From positions 32,120 through 96,119 of the forward strand of contig DF237307.1 in assembly GCA_000708835.1 (NCBI GenBank): a DNA stretch of 64,000 bases, in the 5' to 3' direction. Source of the DNA: Klebsormidium nitens (Eukaryota > Plantae > Klebsormidiophyceae). Positions 11,254 to 22,563 of this stretch are shown here, piece by piece (within the stretch, counting starts at the first letter, position 1; each line of letters starts with the position of its first letter). The position numbers and the translations under genes were made by a program. A model generated the notes under the pieces. That model worked only from the letters and a program-made list of their open reading frames with translations. It had not been told where the DNA came from and made no database searches.

Positions 11254-14200
11254 TCAGAACTGGCCTGCATCGTCGTCGTCCTGCTGCTGCGCGAGCGTCT
11301 CCCGGTTGTCGTGCTGCCAGAAGCCGCGCACGTCGGTGAGCATGGACACGACGGTGTCGCCCTGCTTGCACGCGACGAGGTCGCGCAGCGTGATGCGCGC
11401 GGGGTGCGAAGGCTTGACCATGTCCCACACCTCGTCCACCACGTCCTGGATCACCAGCTCGTAGTTGTCCGCCGCCATCCACTTCTCGTGCACCGCCCTG
11501 CAACCAGCACACCCCGAGCCCATCAGCGCCCGCCTGCACTGCCGCTCTAGCATGATCGTTCAAAGATGAAACCGAGCGCAAGCGCCTGAGCCCGTTATGT
11601 GCAGATCTCCAAGCGGTTCAAATTCAACGCCCCTAGCGGTTGGCGTAGGAAAGATTCACAGATCCCACTCGCTCAGGACGGGGACACCATCTCCAACTCG
11701 TAAACTTTCGACCGACACTGCCCGCGGTATGTGACAGATGATGCCAGGTCGGTCTGCTCCCCGTGCCCTGGGGGAGGTCCGCCCGGGCTGGCCCACTCAC
11801 TTGAAAAGGGTGTAGACGTCGGCGGCGGTGAGCGCGCCCTCGCCGCGCAGGTCGAGGCAGCGGAAGAGGTACGCGAGCGCCTCGGGCGTGTTCTTGTAGT
11901 CCATGGCCAGCACGAAGTCCACGAAGCTCGCCACGTCCATCTCGCGCGGGTGGCCCCGCCCCAGCCGCGACCGCCGCACGGCCTCGTCAAACACTGCGCC
12001 AGCAAGACGCAGCAGCAGCAGGCGGTCAAGCACAGCGGCGTCTGCATCGGAGGCCATCAAGACGAGCAGTGGACGGACGGTACTCGAGGGCTGCGCTGCT
12101 ACAGCAACTCACTTTCTCTCCGCATCCCTGCCCTGACGCATCAAGCAGTGCCGCCCCGCCCTCCTTCGAAGCGCAGTGCACGCGAAACAGCTTGCTCCAG
12201 GGCGGGCCCGTACCTCTGTCCACGAAGATGGGCGTGAGGCCCCCGTCATTCCAGGCCGCCAGCTCGGCCTTGGAGAGGGTGCCGTTGCGGTCGCGGTCGA
12301 GCTTCATGAAGAGCGTGTACACGCGGCGCGCGTTGTCGGGCAGGAACCAGTTGGCGGGTGCCACCTCGTCGGGCTCGTCCTGGCGCAGCTCCATCAGCTC
12401 CGACAGCACTGGGTGCAGCAGCACGTCGCGGATCAGCAGCTTGCTGCGCCGCGCGCCGTCGATGAAGAAGAAGAACTTGCGCGCCGCGATCTTCTTGTAC
12501 ATGTTCACAAACGAGCCCCCCGGGGCCAGGTCCGAGCTGCCCAGCTGCGGCAGGCTGCACCCACGCCATGCCGCACACGCGTCAGCGCAGGGACCGGGCA
12601 ACAGACGTGCCTGCGACCCGTACCGTACAGGAAAGATCGCAGCCGAAAAGAGTTGAGCGGCATCGCAAAGACTACAGTACTTGGCTGTTGAGACAAGGAG
12701 CCTCAAGACAATGGTCGGCAGCAAACTCTGAAAAGCTTGGCAGAAAGTCACAGCAAAGGTGCCTGGCCAGGGGACGCCCTGCGTGCTTAGGTGTGCTTGC
12801 ACCCACCTGGGGATGAGTTGCCCAATGTAGGCCTCCAGCTCCGTGTGCTTCAGGTAGCCGTCGCCGTCCTCATCAAACACACACATGTCAATCCGCGCCT
12901 GGCAGCACGGAGTGACGTCAGCACAGAGACTCAGCCACCAAAGCAAGGGCGCACAGAGCTCGTAGAACAAGAGAGGGTATACGGTATCAGCTGGCTGCTT
13001 GGGAGGCAAGTAAGACTGGTCCAGCTTCAGGAGGTGAAATGCTGTGAGTCTCGAGAGGTCGGCCGCACGGGTGCGGCGGGGGGAGCGCGGCGCACCTGGG
13101 TGAGGGAGGTCATGCGCATCATGTACAGGTAGAAGGGGTAGATGCCAATGCGCCCGTACTGGTCCGCCTCGAAGGTCAGGAATACCGACGGGGCAAAGAA
13201 TGGCCTCACTTTGGGGCCAATCTGCTCGACGCTCCTGCACGAGAGAGGGCAGACAGCGGGTCCATCTCTCCGCATGGCTGCCTTGCTCTGTTGAGGCCAC
13301 CCTGGACCAGCGGAGCACTCTAAGTTGGCCAAGTGCCTGGAACTGCTGTCCAGATCTAGTTTTAACCTTGAAACAGCGGTGCAACAAGTGCATGGGCAGG
13401 CGGCCGCGCACCTCTCCCCGACTTGGCAGAAATCGTCGTAGTTGATCCTGTCTTTGGCGGGGTCGTCGTCCGGCCCGGAGATGCTCTCCTTGAGGCAGCC
13501 CCACACGATGCTCAGCTCCTCGGGGTCCAGCAGCGCGTCATGCTGCTTGCGCAGGAATCGAGTGCGCGCCAGCCGCGCCACCTGCCCCGCCAGCGACGCC
13601 TCCTCCGGCCGCGCTCGGAAGAAGGGGGGAATGCCATCTGCAAGAGCCGGGGGCATACTATACCAACGGTTTCTGAGATCAGGAGCAGTGTTGGCACAAT
13701 CCAAGAGCCTTTTAACATGGAATTTTTCAACAACAGCTTTTGTTATTGCGATAAGGTTGAGCCCCCCGTGCGGCTCCAAATAGGGTGGGTGCGCCAATTT
13801 GCCTGCCAAGCTTGTGCAGGCGCCTTTCCGGCCAGCATGTGGGTGGGCACACCTGGTGGCGCACTGGTGCTCTCCTGGGGCTGGCTGCGCTGCTCCAGCA
13901 GGTGCCGCAGGTGGTGCTGCACCTCGCGCTCCGCTGCCTCCTCTGAGTACGCCGCCTCCTCGGCCCCCAGGTACCCCTTCAGCGCTTGCACCCACTGCAT
14001 TCCTGACGTGCTGGGCCTGAAGAGAAAAGGGCAGGGTAAGACTGGGGCAGGCGATGCCGCAAGCGACGCCGCATTGCGCCTTCCAGGCAGGGTGGTCGTT
14101 CTATGCAAAGAGGAGACTTGACGATGGCAGGGGGACTTGAAGGCCCAGAACATTCCTGCCCTGCTGACAATCCAGAGGCCATGCAGTCAGTCACTTGGAG

Positions 14201-14515
14201 TGGCCTGTGAACCCATGTCCTTGGCCCTAAATCTTTGTTGACTGCCAGTGTCTGACGGTGTTAGCGTTGACCGAGAAGCGCGACAGCACAGAACCTTTGT
14301 TTAGCAGCTGCCATCAATGCGTCACCACGCGCACGGGCGTACCTTCCGTTCCTGGGGCGGTGCAGGGCCTCGTGGCGCCACCTGCGCAGCGTGTCATCCT
14401 CGTCTGCCTCGTCCCCCCCGGGCGAGCTGCGCTCCTCCAGGTCGCTGTCATCGGGATCCACGAAGTGACTGCCCGTCCAAGTGGCGGACCGTCCGAATGT
14501 GCCGCGCGCAGCCAT
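11254..14515 (-). CDS. TON2: PP2A B'' regulatory subunit TON2/FASS (PPP2R3C-like). Exons 14515-14343, 14016-13853, 13637-13412, 13234-13096, 12898-12807, 12554-12214, 11993-11801, 11497-11254
   Basis: Contains INYDDFCQ, EQIGPK, GRIGIYPFYLYMMRMTSLTQARID, EF-hand-like DEDGDGYL and DRDRNGTLSKAEL, KFFFFID, REMDVASFVDFVLA, YLFRCLDL, and EVWDMVKPSHPARITLRDL...DVRGFWQHDNRE. All junctions are frame-consistent. Confidence 0.93.
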
Positions 14516-15243
14516 TGTCGAGGACACACGCAGAAACAGAGGCAGGCAACAAATGCAGTGCGTGCATCAGAGCATCTCGGGCTTCACGCATTCCATCCAC
14601 AGCAGGCAACAGCAGCGAGGCAGCAAGGTACCGCAGACCACAGCTCACTTGCAAGCGCTGCTCGCGATCAGCGTCCTCTCCGCCTCCACTGGCAGGCGGG
14701 TCAAGGTGGTGACCATGGCCGGCAGCAGCGCCAACGACCCTCCTCCTTCCCTAAGCTTCCGGGCCCCTTAAGAACTTTACGGAGGCTACCCTACCCCGGG
14801 CGCTTGACAAAGCAAACCGGCCGGTTAAGCAATGCCGGCAAGCGAGGAGATATTGAAATCTTACCCCCGAGAAACAGCCGGTGAAACTTGCCGGGGGGAT
14901 CCCGCGGATCCCTAGCCATCCCTGTGCCGTTCCTCGTCAGGCACCTCGCCATGCACCTGGTGTCACCTGGCCATCCTCAGCCTCAGGCTCTGGCTCTGGC
15001 CATAGCGAAGGCATAGCAGTGGCACTGCCAAAAGCAGTGCAGGCTGGGACGGGCAGAACGGCAGGGAAGCCTGGGAAGGAAGCTGGGGACAATTGACGAC
15101 CAGGGACAGCCGATGGCGCGGGCATGCTCCAGGCTGCTGCAGTGCGACAGGCCTCGGGACCCAGATGCATGAAGCTGTCCTACAAGAAGGCGGAATGCCT
15201 GCCTGCATCACAGGAGCTAGCGGAACGCCCGTCAAATGCTCAA

Positions 15244-18130
15244 ATGGTCCCCAGAATGGCTGCAGTGCTGAGGAGGCTTTCTGCCATTGTCCTGGGTGTG
15301 CTGGAGCTGGTGCTGGCAGCCATTACGTTGCTGCGGGTTGTTGTGGTTGTAGGGATTGCCCTGGCTGCGCGTGTCCTGGCCTACCCTCCAGCATGCACAG
15401 CCGTCTGCCTGTGCTGTGGGCAGCAGCTGCACTCCCAGAGCCAGGGGGCAGAGCAGGGGAGCTCGGGAAGGGGGGTGCGGGCCACAGCTACCGCTGATTG
15501 CGAGGGGGAGCACCCGAGAGGTGCAATGCATGCCACAAGCTATTCTTCCTCTCGAGCAGACTCTTGCGGAAAGGAGACCAATGGGGTCTCAGACAGTGCC
15601 AAAGTGCCAAGATGTCAGGCATGGTCCCAGGACCACTCCCTCTTTGACCAGAAGGTGGACTGCTTGGAGCGAAGGGATGCCCTGCGCGGGCTAGCCTGCG
15701 CCGTCCGCAGAGAGTGCCGCTCGACGGCAGTGCCAGCTCGTGGAGACTCTCCTAGTGGCCAGGACTGCCTAATGAGGGGCACATGCGGGGCCCATGAGGG
15801 TGGCCCCACATCTCCAGCTGTCGTACTCTCAAGCATGCAGACAAAAAGCACCCCTGCTGGGATGTCTCTCCAGCTCAGCCTTGCTGTTGACATAGGAAGG
15901 GGTGCCTGCCCGTCCAATCAATGCACGCACGCCGACACTTTAGCAGGCCATGTGGCCCCTGGCTCCTGCAGTGGCGCTGTCGGTGCTTCTGGGCAGTGGC
16001 CATCGGTGGAAGAGTTGCAACAGGAGCTGGACGAGGAGCGGAGCGCCGCAGAGGAGGCCGCCGCAGAAGCTCTACGAATGATCACGCGCTTGCAGGTGAG
16101 GCACATGGACTCGTACTCTCACTTGCATGGGTAATAGCGCACCCGGAAAATAACAATTTGATAATATCCGGCGAGATGTACCCTTGAAACCATCAGACTG
16201 TCCAAGCTTCGACAGAAGTGCCTCATATATTTTTGGAACCAAATACGAGCGCTCATGTCACTTTCACTTGTCCATTCGGTTGAGCATCTTGCTGCTCGCT
16301 GTGTGGCTTGTCAGAGGTGATCCACAAGCTCTGGCATTGCTCTGTGGCTGACCCGCGCTGCCGCCGCTGCTGCAGAGTGAGAAGGCTGCCCTGGCGGCCC
16401 AGCTGCGGCAGGCGGCGCAGCGTGAGCAGGAGGCGGCGCTGCAGCACGGCGCGCTGGTGGACGCACTGGAGGGGGCCATTGCACAGCTGGAGCAGGAGCG
16501 CGCCGCGCGGCACCGGGAGAAGAGGCACCACCGCGCGCGCTTCGAAGCACACGGGGCACGCTGGCAGCCCGGCTGCGCACGCTTGGCTTTGCTGGACGCA
16601 TGGCACGAGGGAGGGGCAGTCCCCGTGCAAGTGCAGCCCGTGCTACTAGGAGGGCCGCACGGGGGGGTGGAAAGAGGGGCTCCAGGCCTGCTGCTGGCCA
16701 CTGCAGCGGAGGACGCGCAGTGGCCACGGTGCGAACCCAAGGAAGGGGCGCAACTGACGGAGGTGAACGAAATGGGGGGCAGGCTGCACTCTGGGGGCCA
16801 TAAGGCGATAGCAAGCGGAGTGGTCGAAGAGGAGGGTGGTAGAGAGGCGCCAGCTCAGCAGACTGCCCATGACGGGGCAGAGAGTGGGGGGGAAGCATTG
16901 CAGAGTGGCGGGAAACTGAGCGATGCGTCGCCAGAGTTAGGGAGTCAAAGGACCAATGCTGACGAAGGACTTGTGGGAAACAAGGGCGGCAGCGGCGCAG
17001 GAGTCTTGCAAAGGCACGTGTCGCTGGTCTCGCACCCTGTTGAGGATGAGTGGCCAGACAGAGAGTGCGGGGGTACCGCAGCGCTGGAGCAGGAAGCGGG
17101 GGAAGCCGGCGGCAAGGAACAGAGTCCACTGCAGCCAGGGGCAACGGGAGTGGGCTTGGCTGCAGTTGTGGGTGCTAGCCAGCAGGACTACAGCCCCGAC
17201 AGAGCTCAGCCCCAACCTGGAAGCTGTTCCGAAGGAGACCAGGCCGAAATTGTTCTGCAGCAACAGCCTGGGCGAGAGGTCGCACGAGCTTCCAGGTGCG
17301 AGGTGGGGTGCCAGGAAAACAGCTCTGATTGCACAAGTACGGAGCGCTGTGGCAAGCCGGGGGGGATTAGTAAAGCAGATTGTGGGTCGAGCCGTCGAGG
17401 CGGCAGTCCTCTCAAGCTTCCAGAGGAAGGCGTCAGTGAGCCCATGAGTGACTGGCTTTTGTCCATCGGAGGACAAGAAGCACGACAGTCAAGGCAAGAA
17501 AACGGAGACCACGCTGATAGGTCCAACGAAGGCGCCTGCAATGGAAGAATCCGAGAAACGGACCATGCATTGGTCCGGAAACGGGAAGCAAGCGTGCTCC
17601 AGGAGCAGCAGGAGAACGGGGGCGGGGTGCCCAGCCCAGCCACAAGTGAGTCAAAAGCCGCAGACTCCGCGCACCGCAAACAGCAGGCAGTAGAGCTCGC
17701 AGATCCGGGTTGCTCGGTGGTGGCAGCGGGAGGTGCGGTGTCGGGCGAGCTGGCGGGGAAGCTGGCGTCGCGGCGCAAGTGGGAGCAGATGTGGGAGGAA
17801 AAGGGGCGGCATCTCTGGAGCAGCCCATCCGTGGCCATCAAAGAAAGACCGGTGCGGGGGGGCGTACGGCGATCCTTGTTTGGAGAAGGTAGTCAAGACA
17901 ACACCACTGGAAAAGCTGGGAGCATCCGAGATCGGTATGATTCTGCAGAGCAGAATGAGCACTGTAGCCCAGGCGACACGCTTACGGCTACCTCGATGCA
18001 AAGACCTGAGATTGTCACGTCAGCTACACAGCCCCACACCCCAGATTCGCTTTCCACCGAACTTGCTAGAAAGCTAGCCAGCAGAAGAAAGTGGGAGGTC
18101 TCCTCCGAAGTGACCAAATCCTCCGCATGA
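15244..18130 (+). CDS. Myosin-binding (MyoB/zein-binding, GTD-binding domain) protein. Exons 15244-16095, 16376-18130; possible alternative start at 15124
   Basis: Has an N-terminal hydrophobic segment followed by a Cys cluster (CTAVCLCC). The coiled coil LQQELDEERSAAEEAAAEALRMITRLQ|SEKAALAAQLRQ matches the GTD-binding domain pattern, and a long disordered tail follows. Confidence 0.8.
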
Positions 18131-19090
18131 GAGCACCTAGGAAACAGTACTTCGAGGGGTCGTATTAGAAAAGCAGCACGTGTCATTTAACGGGTTTAGT
18201 CCGGTCACAGAGAGATCACGCTTTAGATATTTCGCGAGTAGCTGCCCTAATTGCTAAATGAGCATGTTCGACAGACCGTGTGCAACATTAATGTCATGCC
18301 GCTGATCGACACATAAGATCGATTAATCTGACCGATCAACAAGACGTATGTGTAATCAAGAAGTCTGCGCGCAGCGAACTGAGACTTACGCACGTAAGTG
18401 GCATGATATGTTGATTGTGTCGGAATAGCACGAACGCGATCGTGAATGCAGTGGCGCTATAAGCTTCAGTACACTGCCTTAAGCGGCGGTATAACTTGCA
18501 GCATGGCTCTCATGAAATTGCATCATCGATCCAGATCTAGTTCGTATCATTCGGCCGTAAGTTTGGCCGCGACTCACATGACATGTGATCATATCCATAC
18601 GTAGCACATGCTTCCGACACGCATGCATGTTGATCGATTTATAGTCGTAAAATCGTATGTATATTTATTAGGATGATGTATACGATACATCCAAGGTTGA
18701 TGTGCAACGTCGCACACCTCGATGACCTAAGCCTTGAACGTCATAAGGATGCCTCAAACCAAACTCGCATCAACTCGTGCATCGTTCATCATGCTGGCTC
18801 TGGAGTCGGCTCGACTTTGCGTTCAACTCTCAACATTTTCAAAGTAATGGACAACGATTTGGTGAATTCGTTGAGGGCATGCGTAGGCCGACACCTTTGA
18901 GTGATGGCAATTCAGTCGCTGCGGCCTGCCGCTGCTTTCAAGCGGATGACGTGCATGAGCACGCTGCCGGGGTGAAGTGACTTGCCCAAAGTACGGTGGG
19001 TCCGCAGCCAACGTTGGTCGTGCAGTCCAGCTTGAGGACAGCATGCCAGCATGGCGAGCGTGGTGCTTCTCTATAAGAATCCTCGTTGCA

Positions 19091-21362
19091 TCAATCTTCT
19101 TCGTAATCTTCTTCGAGTTCCACTTCTTCCTGCACAGCACGGCTTCTCTTAGTCAAACACCATTTTTAAATCAAGGGTTCAAACACAAGTGCTCTTCCAT
19201 CTTTGTTCAATTTCGAATTCGTATCACGTGAGCAGACTTGTTGGAGGCACATGGCTCTGCTTACTTTGACGCCCGCCGTTTCGTGCCAGGCATGATGGCA
19301 AGGGGGCCATTCCAACTTTGAGCGGCAGTGCGGTGCAGGAGGATGCTCACCACCTCCAAGCTCGAGAAGACGACGTATGCAATGACGGCTGCCACCTGGG
19401 CCCCCACGAAGTACCAAGCTCGGCTGAAAGTAACGGAGAACGGAGTCAGTTAGATATTTTACGCTCCCTTGTGAGCGAATGTTTTTGAAAGCAGCCAACC
19501 GTACACCCAAACAAATCGTTCAAGAGTATCGTCTTTCGATCCTCAACACATCTCGACAAGAACAAGATCCAGACACCGGCCAACAACTGAGAGCACTGCC
19601 TGCCCTTCCAACTCCCGCTGGCCCCTCCTACGTAAACTGGCTCACCTCGTCAGCCGCTTCTCCTCCTCCGATCTCGTGTCTTCCTTCTTCACCTTGCCCC
19701 CCCACCACCCTCGCCGGGAGGACTGCCCGGGGGTTCTGGTGAATGGTGGGGGCTCACGAGGCATGTCGGGACGAGCGGACAGGACCTCGAGCTCTAGACG
19801 CTTGACGTACTTGACCAGGTTTGGATGAGAGAAGGCGCTGGTCTTCAGGGACGTCTCGACCTGCAACCAGGGACAGGCCTTGTTAGTCACAGTCGCCCAG
19901 CCGAACTCGAAGGCTTCAAACACTGAAAACGCGAAGAGGTGGCTCTTTGCTTGAGCGTCTCTTGAGGGCCGTCCACTAGCCTGCCGCCCGGCAGCCTGCC
20001 AGCACACATGGCAGTGGGGACACCCTCTCCGGACCTTAGGGCTGCGCAGCAACCGATTTCGGCCTCAGGAGGCCAAGCGCCAAGAGGGGCGAGAGACACC
20101 AGGGAGGCTGGGCCAGGATGTAACCCCAGCGACGCTGCGGCGCCCAGTTCGTGGTGGCTCACCAGCGGCGCTTTCTCCAGGAAGAGGAGGTGCGCAAACA
20201 CGGCGGCGTCCACTCTGGAGGGGCGATTCCCAAAGAAGTAGCGCTGCTCCCCTAGTCGGGTGGCCAGCGCCGCGTAGGCGCGCTCCGCCTGGCGGTACAC
20301 CTCCGCGCGCACGTGCGCCGCGTCCACCTCGCCCGTCTGGAACTGCGCGTCGGCCTGCTTGTGCGCGAGGTACGCCAGGACGCGGTTGAGCGGGAAGGGC
20401 AGGGCCGGCGCGTAAGCGTGCTGGCACAGCTTGTAGTTGGCCTCCTCCAGCCAGAGGGAGTAGTGCAGCGCGGCGCGCAGCCGCAGGTGGGCCAGCGCGC
20501 TCAGCGCCTCGGCGTCCGCGCGCTCCGCAGCAGTCAGGGCGCTGTCCAGGTCAATGCCCTGTACGCGGAGGAGGGTACAGACATGGGTTCCCAGAGAATC
20601 TTAACGCCCTCCATGAGTACGATGCTGAGGGTGAAAGTCTACAACTTTGCGTGCTTGTGCACAAAACACCAGCCCACGAGGACAAGCGATGATCATACTC
20701 GATGTGTCAAGTCATGTGCATACCTTGGTCTCCCGTAGGTAGGCGGGTATCCCCCCACTCTCACTCGCCATAACCACCTCGTCGCCATCCTCCAGGGCAG
20801 GAATCTGCTCGGCTCCTACTCGCGTGGGCACGTCCTCCACTTGGAAAGCAGCACCAGCAAGTCGGAGGTACACCTGGACAACCAGAAGATACAGTAATCT
20901 CATTGTGTAGTCTTGCATATAAACAACTTGATTGGAAGACTCAACTCCGCCTCGACCTGCTTTCATCGGTTCCAGTCGACTCTGTAAACCCATCTGCATT
21001 GCCTAATTCGTTAACAGCTTTCTTTCGGACATTCATACGAGTACTGCTACAACGACGGAGCGACTTGTCGTCTGCAAGTCGGCTGTACTTAGAGACTGAG
21101 GCATCAATGCGGGCGAGCTGCCATGCCTCACAACTTCTCGTGCTGGCCCAAACACAAAAGCATAGAAACAGCATCGATCCAGCTCCTCATTCGCCAGCGC
21201 TTGGCATCCACCACCAGTGGGCGTGACTAGCACTGTCAGCAATGCTGCCGCCAGGTGGGGCCAGAGGAGGGAATGTGTCACGCATACCTGCGCCTCTATG
21301 CAGGCCACGTCAATGGAAGGTAAGTTCCAAGCAGGAGGGTGCTGTAACAGGGTGAAAACCAT
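19091..21362 (-). CDS. Metaxin (mitochondrial outer membrane import factor). Exons 21362-21288, 20873-20724, 20558-20163, 19860-19646, 19423-19351, 19129-19091
   Basis: Starts PPAWNLPSIDVACIEAQVYLRLAG, contains GST-like ALATRLGEQRYFFGNRPSRVDAAVFAHL and HPNLVKYVKRL, and ends with a C-terminal TM segment (WYFVGAQVAAVIAYVVF) plus acidic tail EEVELEEDYEED*, as in plant metaxin. Confidence 0.9.
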
Positions 21363-21550
21363 GATGCCGGATCAGGCTAGTAATGCATGCGGCGTGCCGG
21401 CACGCCCAGCACTCACTGCCTCAGGGCTTTGCGCGTATATGTGGCCACCACCACCAGCTGCTGATACGTAAAGCAGTTGCCACAGGATGCAAGCCCCCCG
21501 AGAAAGAGTGGATTCTGGGATAACGCTAGGAGATTAGGGATCAAAATGGG

Positions 21551-21589
21551 CTAGGAGGGACACCGCCCTTCGGGCGGTATCCTCCTAGT
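21551..21589 (+). mobile_element. Possible Helitron 3' terminus (relic)
   Basis: A GC hairpin accgccc-ttc-gggcggt (21562-21578) is followed 6 nt later by CTAG then T, the canonical Helitron 3' arrangement. No RepHel ORF is present and the 5' end is not identified. Confidence 0.35.
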
Positions 21590-22342
21590 ACGGGTTCAAT
21601 GGTTCGAGGCTCTGCCAAGGACAAACCGCCGGCCGGGTTTCCAAGCTGACAAGGCTTTGTCTTTGTGCTCGGTCGATGACCCCGGTGTTCCTCCCCGGGC
21701 GCTTCAAAATATAACCGGCCTACCGTACGGGACCCTTTACCGGCTCACCTTAATATTTGAGCGCTTATCTGCAATGCTGTGATCAAATCTGAACCAATTT
21801 GTGATCAGTTTTCGCTGCATATCCTCTTTTTCAGACCCTCATCTAGGGCTGCAAACGGATTAAATTTTGGCCAAGAGGAGGTCCTTGCAGCCCTGAAAAC
21901 CTTTGTTTTTGGTCATAAAATGCAACAAGACTAGAGGTATCGGCGATCAGCGTAGACTGGGACAAGATAACAAAAAAGTTGATCCACTTCTGGATCAGCT
22001 CGATCCACTTCTGGACCAGATTCGGTTCTGGGGCTCGTACGGTAATTACTATGTCATAGCAGGTCAAATTCTGGGTGAATTTTAGATGCTGCACAGTCGA
22101 AGAAATTGGTTTTGCTGCGCGAGCAAAAAATCTAGGTTATAGAATGCACTCGCGCGAAAATCCAATCTGCAAATTGCGGCACGTTTCCCGGAATTTCCTC
22201 AGGATGCAGCTTGGCACGTGAGAAAGGGGTATCTCCTAGCCAAAAAGAACGGCACCGGAATGCTGTTGACACTGACGGAACGCAATCCGGTGGAGTCAGG
22301 AGTCTGTCGACGTGGCAGTGTCACAAGGACTAGCTGCCTAGG

Positions 22343-22343
<1 letters not shown>

Positions 22344-22377
<34 letters not shown>
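22344..22377. repeat. Poly(T) tract, 34 nt
   Basis: Directly visible homopolymer about 190 bp upstream of the SEP4-like ATG. Confidence 0.95.
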
Positions 22378-22378
<1 letters not shown>

Positions 22379-22563
22379 GAAAATACCGACTAGCTAGTAG
22401 TAGTAGCTAGCTGCGGCCCGCTGGCGAAATGCGGGCTGGCGAACTGATGACAATGTGGGCTGGCGAAATGCAGCACTTGTTTCTCGAGAAACCCACATTC
22501 TCAGAGTCGGAGGTTGAGAAGTGGTATTAGTAGGTAGCTAGCGCAGAGGATCTGCTCATCAAC

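Noticed and set aside
21981-22015. 21-bp-period repeat gatccacttctgga and small ORFs around it
   Set aside because: Only two copies with no element boundaries; probably a local duplication.
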